Source of the DNA: Candidatus Nomurabacteria bacterium GW2011_GWE1_32_28
GTDB taxonomy: Bacteria > Patescibacteriota > Minisyncoccia > Phycocordibacterales > UBA9973
Direction of reading: 5' to 3'
Assembly: GCA_000989515.1 (NCBI GenBank)
Contig: LBOM01000005.1
Coordinates: 2,709-66,708 of the forward strand
DNA length: 64,000 bases
The position numbers were made by a program, and so were the translations under genes. The notes beneath the pieces were generated by a model, which ran no database searches, was not told the origin of the DNA, and saw only the letters and a list, made by a program, of their open reading frames with translations. Positions 1 through 9,923 of this stretch are shown here, piece by piece. How positions within the stretch are numbered: the first letter of the stretch is position 1; each line of letters starts with the position of its first letter.

Positions 1-1
1 T

Positions 2-865
2 TCTTTAGAATCTTTAGGGTTTCACGGTGAAGGGCTAGAACGAATTCATGATTCTTTAAAACAAAGAATAGGAATGGTGTTGGCTACTGGACCTACTGGT
101 TCTGGAAAGACAACGACACTTTATACGATGCTTGATATTTTAAATAGGCCAGAAGTTAATATTTCTACAGTAGAAGATCCTATTGAATATCAAATACAAC
201 GTGTAAATCAGACTCAAGTAAAGCCAGAGATTGGTCTTACTTTTGCAAATGGGCTTCGTTCTCTTTTGCGACAAGACCCTGATATTCTAATGGTAGGAGA
301 GATTCGTGATAACGAGACAGCAGGACTTGCAATCAATGCTTCTCTCACAGGACATCTTGTTTTGTCTACAATACATACCAATTCTGCATCAGGAGCTATT
401 CCAAGATTGATAGATATAGGAGTCTTGCCCTTTTTAATAATTTCAACTGTTAAAACTATTATTGCACAAAGGTTGGTAAGAAAACTTGTAGATAGTAAAG
501 AAAAATATTTTTTATCTACTAATGAAATAAAAAATTTAGGTAAGCTTGTTGATTTAGATCGCATGCTTTTAATACTTAAAAATGAAAAAATAATAGGACC
601 TGAGGATGAATGGAAAGAAGTTCCATTTTATAAACCAGTAAAAAATAATGAATCTGTAGATGGATATGCAGGTCGTATTGGAATACACGAAGTATTAAAA
701 GTTTCTTCTTCTATAAAAGAATTAATTATACGTGGAAGTTCTCAGGACGAGATAGAAGAACAAGCAAAAAAAGAGGGCATGATAACCATTTTAGAAGATG
801 GTGTTTTTAATGCTGTTTTGGGTCAAACAAGTCTAGAGGAAGTGTTTAGGGTTGTTAGTGAATAG
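2..865 (+). CDS. pilB: Type IV pilus / type II secretion assembly ATPase (PilB/GspE family), C-terminal part. The 5' end lies outside the window.
   Basis: The frame is open to the window edge ([10 protein letters not shown]...). Walker [18 protein letters not shown] and [12 protein letters not shown] boxes are present. pilC follows directly. Confidence 0.9.
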   Translation, partial: SLESLGFHGEGLERIHDSLKQRIGMVLATGPTGSGKTTTLYTMLDILNRPEVNISTVEDPIEYQIQRVNQTQVKPEIGLTFANGLRSLLRQDPDILMVGEIRDNETAGLAINASLTGHLVLSTIHTNSASGAIPRLIDIGVLPFLIISTVKTIIAQRLVRKLVDSKEKYFLSTNEIKNLGKLVDLDRMLLILKNEKIIGPEDEWKEVPFYKPVKNNESVDGYAGRIGIHEVLKVSSSIKELIIRGSSQDEIEEQAKKEGMITILEDGVFNAVLGQTSLEEVFRVVSE

Positions 866-882
866 TTGATCAGAATATATCT

Positions 883-2100
883 ATGCTTTTTACTTATAAA
901 GCAAAATTAAAAAATGGAGAAATTTTTGAAGGGATGATGGAAGCGACAGACCGTCTTTCTCTTTCTCGTGAGTTAAAATCTCGTGGAAATATTCCAATAT
1001 CTATATCAGAACATGACAATAATTCCTCTTATTTTTTGTCTTTATTTCAGCGTTTATTTTCAAGAATAAAAAATGAAGAATTAATTATTTTTACTAAAAA
1101 TTTGAGTGGGATGCTTAAAGCAGGACTTTCCTTGTTTAGAGCATTATCAGTTCTAAAAAAACAAACAAAAAATACTGAGTTAAATAAAATATTAACATCA
1201 TTGAGTGAGGAAATAAATGCTGGTGGAACTCTTTCTTCTGGTCTTGTAAAATTCCCTAATGTTTTTTCTAAACTTTTTATATCTATGACACGTGCAGGGG
1301 AAGAATCTGGTGATCTTGCTGGTGCTCTGACCGAAGTCGGTATGAATTTAGAAAAAGCACAGTCTTTGAGTAAAAAAGTTAAAGGTGCTCTTATTTACCC
1401 TGGTGTTATTTTATCTGCTATGATTTTGATAGGTGTATTAATGTTTGCTTTTGTTGTACCTACTCTTGCTAGAACATTTCAAGAGCTTGGTGTAGAGTTG
1501 CCCACATCTACAAAATTTATAATTTTGTTAGGTAATTTTTTCTCTGAATATTTATTATTATCATTTGTTTTAATAATAGGATCTGTCTTTAGTATTGTCT
1601 CTTTTTTGCGTGCTCCGTTTATGACTAAGTATGTTGATTTTGTGATTTTAAGGCTTCCTTTTGTTGGTAATTTATCGAAAGAATTAAATACTGCACGTAC
1701 TACGCGTACAATGTCTTCCCTTTTATTATCAGGAGTTTCTATTATTAGGGCATTAGATATAACAAAAGATGTTGTTCAAAATGTTTATTATAAAAAAGTG
1801 TTAATGCAAGCCAAGGAGGAAATAGAAAAAGGTGCTCCATTTTCAAAAGCTTTTGAAGAAAACTTAGATCTTTATCCAGTTATGATGACAGAAATGATAG
1901 AAGTAGGAGAGGAGACTGGTAAGTTGTCGGATATGTTGCTTCAGGTTTCTTCTTTTTATGAAGCAGAGATAGAAAATAAAACTAAAAATCTTTCTGTGGT
2001 TATTGAGCCTCTACTTATGATTTTTATTGGTGCTGCTGTCGGATTCTTTGCTATATCTATGATTTCACCTTTGTATTCAGTGCTGGACAATATTCAATAA
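883..2100 (+). CDS. pilC: Type IV pilus platform protein (PilC/GspF family)
   Basis: 405 aa with the duplicated GspF-type cytoplasmic domain and three hydrophobic spans. It sits immediately downstream of pilB. Confidence 0.85.
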   Translation: MLFTYKAKLKNGEIFEGMMEATDRLSLSRELKSRGNIPISISEHDNNSSYFLSLFQRLFSRIKNEELIIFTKNLSGMLKAGLSLFRALSVLKKQTKNTELNKILTSLSEEINAGGTLSSGLVKFPNVFSKLFISMTRAGEESGDLAGALTEVGMNLEKAQSLSKKVKGALIYPGVILSAMILIGVLMFAFVVPTLARTFQELGVELPTSTKFIILLGNFFSEYLLLSFVLIIGSVFSIVSFLRAPFMTKYVDFVILRLPFVGNLSKELNTARTTRTMSSLLLSGVSIIRALDITKDVVQNVYYKKVLMQAKEEIEKGAPFSKAFEENLDLYPVMMTEMIEVGEETGKLSDMLLQVSSFYEAEIENKTKNLSVVIEPLLMIFIGAAVGFFAISMISPLYSVLDNIQ

Positions 2101-2105
2101 AAAAT

Positions 2106-2573
2106 ATGAAAAAATTTTATCAAAAAGGAATAAGTGTTATAGAAATATTATTAGTTGTAGCGATAATAGGTATTTTATCTTTGATTGTATTTCCTCAATT
2201 TTCAAAAATAAAAGAAAATCAAATATTTAAAAATACAATAGAAGATGTCGTGTCTACTTTGCATAGTGCCCAGTCTCAAAGTTTGGCATCTGTTGATTCC
2301 TTCGAGTATGGTGTACATTTTGAATCTGATGAAATAATAATTTTTAAAGGAAATATTTTTTCTGAAAGTGCTTTAGATAATAAAATTATAAAAATAATTT
2401 CTCCAGCCAATATTTCTAATGTTACATTGGGAGGTGTCAGTTCTAGTTCTGGGGATGTTTATTTTGAACGTCTTTCTGGTGTGCCAAACAAGGTAGGCAC
2501 CATAACTGTTTCTGTTCCTTCTACCTCGAAGATTATTACGATTTATTCCACTGGAGCAGTTGGTGTAGATTAA
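2106..2573 (+). CDS. Type IV pilin / pseudopilin with a prepilin N-terminal motif
   Basis: N-terminus KG|ISVIE followed by a hydrophobic helix, giving Gly at -1 and Glu at +5. It lies in the pilus cluster. Confidence 0.75.
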   Translation: MKKFYQKGISVIEILLVVAIIGILSLIVFPQFSKIKENQIFKNTIEDVVSTLHSAQSQSLASVDSFEYGVHFESDEIIIFKGNIFSESALDNKIIKIISPANISNVTLGGVSSSSGDVYFERLSGVPNKVGTITVSVPSTSKIITIYSTGAVGVD

Positions 2574-2642
2574 AGTCAATTACGAATCAACAATTACGAA
2601 TTACGAATGAAAAAATTAGATTAGAAAATACGAAATAAAAAA

Positions 2643-3125
2643 ATGAAGAATTTTAAAAAAATTTCAGGCGGATTTATGATGGTAGAAGTAATAGTGGCAA
2701 TATCTATTATTGTTGTTTCTGTTTTGGCTGCAATGTCTGTTACCCAAAAATCTATTTTTGTTTCTCGTCAAGCACTTCATGTAAAAGAGGCTTCATTCTT
2801 ACTAGAAGAGGGTGCTGAGTCAATGCGGATTATTCGGGATAATTCATGGAATAATATTTCTACATTAAATATTGGTACTGATTATTATTTTACTTTTTCA
2901 GGTGGAACATGGACATTATCTAATATACCGTCTACTACTGGGATCTTTGTTAGAAAAGTAAATATATCAAATGTTAATCGTAATGTGTCTACCGATGATA
3001 TAGAAAGCCTGGGTATAGACGATCCTGGAACTAAATTAATTACTATTACTGTATCTTGGATTGATGGAGGAGAAACACTAAGTAAGACTTTATCTTTTTA
3101 TATTATGGATATTTTTTCAGAATAA
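2643..3125 (+). CDS. Pilin-like protein (prepilin-type N-terminus)
   Basis: GG|FMMVE followed by a hydrophobic helix. Confidence 0.65.
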   Translation: MKNFKKISGGFMMVEVIVAISIIVVSVLAAMSVTQKSIFVSRQALHVKEASFLLEEGAESMRIIRDNSWNNISTLNIGTDYYFTFSGGTWTLSNIPSTTGIFVRKVNISNVNRNVSTDDIESLGIDDPGTKLITITVSWIDGGETLSKTLSFYIMDIFSE

Positions 3126-3131
3126 AATCTT

Positions 3132-3668
3132 ATGAAAAATTTTTATACAACAAAAAAAGTAAATAAATCATTCTGTTTTAAGAGTAAACGAAATAGCGGA
3201 TATGCTCTTTTGGAAACTATTTTTTATATTCTTCTTTTTGCTATTCTTTCTATTGCTGTGATTAACTCTATGATTACTATGACAAAAGCTTTTAGTGAAA
3301 CCACAATACAAGCAGAATTAATGCAGGGAGGTAGTACACTAGAAAGAATCTCTCGAGAAATAAGAGGTGCTTATAGTATAAATTCAATAACTTCAAACAG
3401 TTTAAAACTTAATACAAAAGATGCAGAAGGGGTAAATAAAACCATAGAATTTTCATTGCTTGATTCTAATATTAGGCTGTTGGAGAATGATATATTTATT
3501 GGAAATTTGAATACATCAAATATTGTAGTAAACAACATTGTCTTTACACAAATAAATACAACTAAAAGTACGGCGATAAAAATAGTTTTAACTGTCAAGT
3601 CTGGTCATGATTTACAAGATCGTACTGAAGATTTTTATAATACAGTAGTTCTTCGTGGTGATTATTAA
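3132..3668 (+). CDS. Pilin-like protein (prepilin-type N-terminus)
   Basis: SG|YALLE followed by a hydrophobic helix. Confidence 0.6.
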   Translation: MKNFYTTKKVNKSFCFKSKRNSGYALLETIFYILLFAILSIAVINSMITMTKAFSETTIQAELMQGGSTLERISREIRGAYSINSITSNSLKLNTKDAEGVNKTIEFSLLDSNIRLLENDIFIGNLNTSNIVVNNIVFTQINTTKSTAIKIVLTVKSGHDLQDRTEDFYNTVVLRGDY

Positions 3669-3695
3669 GCAAATCACGAATTATAAATTTTAAAA

Positions 3696-5456
3696 ATGCA
3701 AAAACAAAAACAAAAAAAAGTTAATAATCAGTCAGGTGCTGCAATGTTGGTGTCTATTGTTTTTTTTCTTTTTATTTCTCTTGCTATAATTTCTGGTCTT
3801 GTTTCACCATCTATTCGTGAATTTAAAAATGCTAATGTTGATTTAAGTTCAAAGAGATCATTTTTCTTAGCTGAATCAGGTATTGAAGATGCATTTTATA
3901 GAATATTAAAAAATAAAATGATAGGAACAAATGAAAATATTACGCTCGATTCTAATTCGACCACGACTACTATTACAACTCTGGAAGGTGGTGAAAAGCA
4001 GATTATGTCACTTGGTGATGTTTCAAATTATGAAAGACAAATAGGTTTAAAACTTTCTACTGGCAGTGGTGTTTCTTTCAATTATGGAGTACAGGTAGGA
4101 CAAGGTGGTATTAATTTAGTTGGTAGTGGTACCGTAAACGGAAATATATATGCAAATGGTCCAATTACTGGAGATGGTTCTGCTATCATCACTGGTACAG
4201 CAATTTCAGCTAATAGTCCTGCTCTAGCTGCAGACCAAGAAAATGGAGTTGGAATTCCAGACTACAATGTTACATTTGGAAATACAAATAGTACTCAAGA
4301 TATTGCTCAAAGTTTTAAAGTTGGAACAGAAAGTCCATTAAATAAAATTCAAATTTATGTTAAAAAAGTTGGTAATCCAAGTAATGCTACTGTTAAGATA
4401 GTCAATGATGTAAATGGAAATCCTGGTACTACAATATATGCTAGTGGAACACTTTCTGCTTCTGCTGTTACTACTTCATATGGATGGTTAAATATTACTT
4501 TCTCGTCTAACCCGTTACTTGATGTTGCCACGACTTATTGGTTAATTCTTGATGCAAGTACTTCTAGTAGTAAATATTATGTTATTGGTGCATCAAATAA
4601 TGGATATTTAAATGGTGTTGGAAAGATTGGTCAATCAAGTGGGATCTGGAACAATACAACACCAGAAGGACTTGATTATTATTTTGGTATTTACCTTGGT
4701 GGTTTTAATGGACTTATACAAGGTAATTCTCTTAGTCAGTGGAATCAGCTTCATGTTGGTACTATATCTGGTTCTGCTCAGGCTCATACTGTAAATTATA
4801 CGAACGCTACTGGAAATATATATTGTCAAACAGGGACTGGTAACAACAAGCCTTGTATCTTGCAGACTGATCCGACTTATATAGATTTTCCTGTTTCAGA
4901 AGCAAATATTTTACAATGGAAAACAGAAGCAGAGGCAGGTGGAGTTTATAATGGTAATTATTCGGTGGGTTGGGCTGGTGCAACCCTGGGTCCTAAAAAG
5001 ATAATTGGAAATTTGACAGTCTCAGGTGGAGGTATCTTAAATGTTACTGGTAGACTATGGGTTACAGGAGAGATTACTCTTAATGGTGGTGGAACGATTA
5101 AACTTGATTCAAGTTATGGCTCAAATGATGAGGTAATTATTTCTGATGATGAAGTTTCTATTTCTGGAGGAGGTCATGCAAGCGGATCTGGTACTGAAGG
5201 AAGTTATATTATGATGTTTTCTACTTCTACTGAGAGTGATGCAATGTTGATTTCTGGTGGAGCTGGTGCTGTTATTGCATACGCTCCTTTTGGCACTATC
5301 ACTATCTCTGGTGGTGCTTCTCTAAAAGAAGCTACAGGATATAGAATAATTGTCTCTGGTGGATCTAGTATTACTTATGAATCTGGTTTGACTAATAATA
5401 ATTTTTCTAGTGGACCTTCTGGTTCATGGGTAGTAGAAGAATGGATGGAGAAATAA
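3696..5456 (+). CDS. Large pilus-associated protein with a PilX-like N-terminal anchor and a Gly/Ser/Thr-rich beta-rich body
   Basis: SG|AAMLV plus a hydrophobic helix, with no Glu at +5. It is the last gene of the pilin block. The function is an inference. Confidence 0.45.
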   Translation: MQKQKQKKVNNQSGAAMLVSIVFFLFISLAIISGLVSPSIREFKNANVDLSSKRSFFLAESGIEDAFYRILKNKMIGTNENITLDSNSTTTTITTLEGGEKQIMSLGDVSNYERQIGLKLSTGSGVSFNYGVQVGQGGINLVGSGTVNGNIYANGPITGDGSAIITGTAISANSPALAADQENGVGIPDYNVTFGNTNSTQDIAQSFKVGTESPLNKIQIYVKKVGNPSNATVKIVNDVNGNPGTTIYASGTLSASAVTTSYGWLNITFSSNPLLDVATTYWLILDASTSSSKYYVIGASNNGYLNGVGKIGQSSGIWNNTTPEGLDYYFGIYLGGFNGLIQGNSLSQWNQLHVGTISGSAQAHTVNYTNATGNIYCQTGTGNNKPCILQTDPTYIDFPVSEANILQWKTEAEAGGVYNGNYSVGWAGATLGPKKIIGNLTVSGGGILNVTGRLWVTGEITLNGGGTIKLDSSYGSNDEVIISDDEVSISGGGHASGSGTEGSYIMMFSTSTESDAMLISGGAGAVIAYAPFGTITISGGASLKEATGYRIIVSGGSSITYESGLTNNNFSSGPSGSWVVEEWMEK

Positions 5457-5484
5457 AATCTATATAATATGATACAATTGTTTT

Positions 5485-6270
5485 ATGTCTAAAAATACTG
5501 TAAATAAAATTACAAAAAAAATAGTATGTGGTAATTGGAAGATGAATCCGCGTTCTTCAGTAGAAGCAGAGAAATTATTTCTTGAAATCATAAAAGAACT
5601 TCCAAGTATTAAAAAAACTGATGTAGTTATTTGTCCTCCTTTTTTATATTTAGAAAAATTTAGAAAAATTTCTAAAAAGATAACATTGGGTGCACAAGAT
5701 GCCTTTATTGGAAATATTGGTGCTTATACTGGAGAGATCTCACCTGAAATGCTTTGTAGTATTGGTTGTAAATATGTTATTTTGGGTCACTCAGAAAGAC
5801 GCACATTAGGAGAAAATAATAATGATATAAATAAAAAAATAAAATCCACGCTTTCTTCTGGACTTGTTCCTGTTGTTTGTGTTGGAGAAAATATGAGAGA
5901 TGAAAATCATGAATATTTAAATTTTATAAAGACACAGATAGAAGAGTCTCTGGATAAAGTTTCCAGAAATTCTATCTCGAAGATTGTTATTGCTTATGAG
6001 CCAGTTTGGGCTATAGGCAAAGGGGCATTACCTGCAACCCCAGAAGAGTTTAGAGAAATGAATATTTTTATTAGGAAAGTTTTAAGTGATAAATTTGGAG
6101 TTAAGGATATTAAAAATATTAGGATTATTTACGGAGGATCAGTTGACGAAAAAAATACTGAAGAATTTATTAAAAATGGTCATGCAGATGGCTTTCTTCT
6201 AGGAAGAGCAAGCCTAGATCCAAAAAAGTTTTCTAAAATTATAAAAATATGCGAAGCATTAAACAAATAA
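5485..6270 (+). CDS. tpiA: Triosephosphate isomerase
   Basis: Motifs CGNWKMN, ILGHSERR, AYEPVWAIG and YGGS. Confidence 0.9.
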   Translation: MSKNTVNKITKKIVCGNWKMNPRSSVEAEKLFLEIIKELPSIKKTDVVICPPFLYLEKFRKISKKITLGAQDAFIGNIGAYTGEISPEMLCSIGCKYVILGHSERRTLGENNNDINKKIKSTLSSGLVPVVCVGENMRDENHEYLNFIKTQIEESLDKVSRNSISKIVIAYEPVWAIGKGALPATPEEFREMNIFIRKVLSDKFGVKDIKNIRIIYGGSVDEKNTEEFIKNGHADGFLLGRASLDPKKFSKIIKICEALNK

Positions 6271-7313
6271 AAAATTTAAAAAATAAAAAAGTATTAGTTC
6301 GTGTAGATTTTAATGTACCTATAAAAAATGGGATCATTTTAGATGATTTTAGAATCAAAAAATCTTTACCGACTATTAAATTCTTAATAAATAAAGGTGC
6401 AAACGTCTTACTCATGACACATTTAGGCAAGGATGGTAGTGAAAGTTTAGAGCCAATAATAAAACATTTTTTTAAAATTTCAAAAATCTCTAAAAATAGA
6501 GTTTCTTTTTTTGAAAACATAAGAAAATTTGAAGGAGAAACAAAAAATGATAAAAATTTTGCAAAAGAGATTTCAAAATTAGGAGATATATATGTAAATG
6601 ATGCTTTTTCTGTTTCTCATAGAAATCATGCATCTATATTATCTTTGCCGAAGTATTTACCAAGCTACGCTGGTTTTCAATTGGAAGAAGAAGTAAAAAG
6701 CTTATCAAGAGTTATAAAAAACATAAAACATCCATTTCTTTATATAACAGGTGGGGCCAAATTTTCAACGAAATTACCTTTGATAAAAAGATATATTAAA
6801 ACAGCAGATTATGTATTTGTAGGTGGTGCATTAGGGAATACTCTTTTGAAAAAGAAAGGATGCGAGACTGGAATTTCGTTAGTAGATTCTGAAAATTATG
6901 ATTTTAAAAATATTTTAAAAAGTAAAAAGATAATCTTACCTAAGGATGTTTTAGTAAGTTCAAATAATAAATTGATTGAGAAAAATTTAGAAAAAATAGA
7001 AAAAGGAGACAATATAATAGATATTGGAGAAAATACAGTTAAAGATTTAACTAGTTTAATTAAGAAATCTAAATTAATTCTTTGGAATGGACCATTGGGT
7101 GAATATGAGAAAGATGGGGGAGAGGCAACAAAAAAGATATTGAAAATAATTTCAAAAACTAATACAGAAAGTATAATAGGGGGAGGAGATATCGTCTCTT
7201 TGATTTCTAAATTAAAATTGGAAAAGAAGTTCACTTTTGTTTCTACAGGAGGAGGAGCTACCTTAGATTTTTTGTCTAATGGAACCCTCCCGGGAATAAA
7301 AGCACTTAAATAA
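6249..7313 (+). CDS. pgk: Phosphoglycerate kinase (short form, 354 aa)
   Basis: VLVRVDFNVP, NDAFSVSHR and C-terminal STGGGATLDFL. It overlaps the tpiA end by 22 nt. Confidence 0.9.
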   Translation: MRSIKQIKNLKNKKVLVRVDFNVPIKNGIILDDFRIKKSLPTIKFLINKGANVLLMTHLGKDGSESLEPIIKHFFKISKISKNRVSFFENIRKFEGETKNDKNFAKEISKLGDIYVNDAFSVSHRNHASILSLPKYLPSYAGFQLEEEVKSLSRVIKNIKHPFLYITGGAKFSTKLPLIKRYIKTADYVFVGGALGNTLLKKKGCETGISLVDSENYDFKNILKSKKIILPKDVLVSSNNKLIEKNLEKIEKGDNIIDIGENTVKDLTSLIKKSKLILWNGPLGEYEKDGGEATKKILKIISKTNTESIIGGGDIVSLISKLKLEKKFTFVSTGGGATLDFLSNGTLPGIKALK

Positions 7314-7701
7314 TTTCTTTTATTATTTTTTTTGTTACTTCTTCTATTTTTATTTCATTATATTTTTTTGTTGGCCAGTTTGAAAGTCCATCGTTAAAAT
7401 AACGTGGTATTAGATGTATATGAAAATGTGGTATATCTTTTCCACTTATTGCGAGCTGTACATAGTCGCAGTTGAAAGCTTTCTTTATAGCCAGCATTAG
7501 CTTCTTAGACAATTTGAATATTCCAGATATTGTATTATCATCAGCATCTTGCATCCAAATGATATGTTTTTTGGGGATTACTAAGATATGACCAAATGCT
7601 ACTGGTTCAATATCTACAAAAGATAAAAATTCTTCATCTTCATAAATCTTTTCACATGATATTTCTTTTTTAATTATTTTACAGAAGATACAATTTACCA
7701 T
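7306..7701 (-). CDS. HIT-family (histidine triad) nucleotide hydrolase
   Basis: C-terminal HFHIHLIP triad and the size expected for a HIT fold. Confidence 0.85.
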   Translation of the reverse strand: MVNCIFCKIIKKEISCEKIYEDEEFLSFVDIEPVAFGHILVIPKKHIIWMQDADDNTISGIFKLSKKLMLAIKKAFNCDYVQLAISGKDIPHFHIHLIPRYFNDGLSNWPTKKYNEIKIEEVTKKIIKEII

Positions 7702-7737
7702 GCGATTATTATATCAAATTATGTTAAAATTGCATTT

Positions 7738-9390
7738 ATGCAGAAATATTCTGAATTATTAAGGACAATTTTACAAAAAAGGGGAATAAAAGATCAAGCT
7801 TTAGCTGAAATTTTTTTAAATCCAGACTATGAAAGAGATTTACATGATCCATTTAAAATGAAAGATATGGAAAAAGCTTGTGTTAAACTTTTTGAGGTAA
7901 TAGAAAATAAAGAAAAAACTATTATTTATGCTGATTATGATTGTGACGGTATTCCTGGGGCAGTCGTTTTAGAGGATTTATTTAAAAAAATAGGTTATGA
8001 GAATTATAAGGTTTATATTCCTGGTAGAAATTCTGAAGGTTATGGTTTGAATTCTTCTGCCATAGAACAATTTGTCGAAAAAAAAGTGAAACTTTTAATT
8101 ACTATTGATCTTGGAATTACTGCAGTTTCTGAAATTGCTCAAGCAGAAGTACAAGGGATTGATGTCATTGTGACAGATCATCATTTACCACACACTACTT
8201 TGCCTCGCGCGTATGCCATATTAAATCCAAAAGTAGATGATTATCCAGAAAAAACATTGTGTGGAGCTGGAGTTGTTTTTAAATTAGTACAAGGATTTGT
8301 AAAAAAGTATGGTGAATTTTATAAGATAAATACTGGTTGGGAAAAATGGTTATTAGATATGGTTGGTATTGCTACACTTTCAGACCTCGTTCCTCTTTTA
8401 GGAGAGAATAGAGCTTTATCATATTTTGGAATGAAGGTTCTTAAAAAATCACCTCGTGTTGGTTTACAAAAACTTCTTTCTAAAATGAAAATTGACCAGA
8501 AATATTTAAATGAAGATGATGTTGGTTTTATGATAGCACCAAGACTAAATGCAGCATCACGAATGGATGATCCGATGAGAGCTTACGAAATTCTTTCTAC
8601 GGAGGATGAAGTTAATGCTGGTATTCTCGCAGATCATTTATCAAAAATTAATGATGATAGAAAAACAATGGTTGCGAGCATAATGCGTGAAGTAAATAAG
8701 AAATTTGAAAAACGCGAGATTAGAGAAGTTATAGTTGTAGGTAATCCTAAATGGCGCGTCGGTGTCCTTGGACTTGTGGCTAGTAAGATTGTAGATCAAT
8801 ACAAAAGACCTGTTTTTGTTTGGGGTAAAGATGAAAATGATTTAATAAAAGGATCTTGTAGGTCAGATGGTTCAGTATCTCTTGTTGAACTTATGACAGA
8901 AGCTAATGAATCTTTCTTGGAATTTGGTGGACATGAATTTGCTGGTGGTTTTACTGTTGATAATGAAAAGATTCACTCTTTAGAGGATGTTCTTTCTTTG
9001 TCTTTTGTTAAGGTTGCTCGTGATAAGATAGAAGAAAAATTAATCTATGATGTTGAATCTGATTTGAGTATTGTAAACATGAAAAGCTGGCGTGAACTAG
9101 AAAAACTTGCTCCATTTGGTTTTGATAATCCAAAACCTATTTTTTTATTTAAAAATATAAATATAGAAAATATAAAAAAGTTTGGAAAGAATGGTTCTCT
9201 AGAACATTTAGAAATTACTTTTTCTAATATTGGTAAAAATAAGATTAAAGCAATTTCTTTTTTTTCAGATAATGATTCTTTTAAAAAGACCATCAATGAA
9301 GGTGACAAAGCTGATTTATTGGCAACCTTTGATCTTTCTAGGTTTAGAGGAAGAGAAGAGCTAAGATTAAGAATAATTGATATAATATAA
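7738..9390 (+). CDS. recJ: Single-stranded-DNA-specific exonuclease RecJ
   Basis: DHH motifs (YADYDCDGI, VTDHH) and a DHHA1-like GGHEFAGG. Confidence 0.85.
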   Translation: MQKYSELLRTILQKRGIKDQALAEIFLNPDYERDLHDPFKMKDMEKACVKLFEVIENKEKTIIYADYDCDGIPGAVVLEDLFKKIGYENYKVYIPGRNSEGYGLNSSAIEQFVEKKVKLLITIDLGITAVSEIAQAEVQGIDVIVTDHHLPHTTLPRAYAILNPKVDDYPEKTLCGAGVVFKLVQGFVKKYGEFYKINTGWEKWLLDMVGIATLSDLVPLLGENRALSYFGMKVLKKSPRVGLQKLLSKMKIDQKYLNEDDVGFMIAPRLNAASRMDDPMRAYEILSTEDEVNAGILADHLSKINDDRKTMVASIMREVNKKFEKREIREVIVVGNPKWRVGVLGLVASKIVDQYKRPVFVWGKDENDLIKGSCRSDGSVSLVELMTEANESFLEFGGHEFAGGFTVDNEKIHSLEDVLSLSFVKVARDKIEEKLIYDVESDLSIVNMKSWRELEKLAPFGFDNPKPIFLFKNINIENIKKFGKNGSLEHLEITFSNIGKNKIKAISFFSDNDSFKKTINEGDKADLLATFDLSRFRGREELRLRIIDII

Positions 9391-9393
9391 AAA

Positions 9394-9894
9394 ATGAAAA
9401 AAGATAAAATAATAATTTATACAGATGGTGCTGCGAGAGGAAACCCAGGTAAGGCTGGATGGGCAGCTATTATAATCAATTACGAATTACGAATTACGAA
9501 TCCAAAAATAATAGAGCTTGGTGGTTCATCTAGTTATGCCACAAATAACCAAATGGAGCTTTCTGGGCCAATAGGAGCATTAAAATATCTACATTTAAAT
9601 TCCGCTAGGCAAGGCCTAGCGCATGATGTAGAAATTTTTTCTGATTCAAAATACGTTATATTGGGTATTACAGAATGGATTTTTAATTGGCAGAAGAATA
9701 ATTGGAGAAATGCAGCCAAAAAATCAGTTTTGAATAAAGAGCTTTGGGTGGAGCTTTATGAGCTTTCTAGAGAATTTAAGATTAAATGGACTTATGTAGA
9801 AGGTCATAGTGGTGATAAATATAATGAAAGAGCAGATGAAATAGCTACAAATTTTGCTGATGGCAATAAAATAGAATTAAAAAACGAAAGATAA
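9394..9894 (+). CDS. rnhA: Ribonuclease HI
   Basis: IYTDGAARGNPG, NNQMEL and the HSGDKYNERAD catalytic pattern. It contains the in-frame heptamer array at 9474-9503. Confidence 0.85.
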   Translation: MKKDKIIIYTDGAARGNPGKAGWAAIIINYELRITNPKIIELGGSSSYATNNQMELSGPIGALKYLHLNSARQGLAHDVEIFSDSKYVILGITEWIFNWQKNNWRNAAKKSVLNKELWVELYELSREFKIKWTYVEGHSGDKYNERADEIATNFADGNKIELKNER

Positions 9895-9923
9895 TTTTTT
9901 ATAATTTTAACCTTAAAATATAA

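Noticed and set aside
6249-6270. The 22-nt tpiA/pgk overlap as a sign of a fused pgk-tpi gene, as seen in Thermotoga
   Set aside because: The gene order is tpiA then pgk, in different frames, each with an intact terminus. This is an ordinary overlap, not a fusion.
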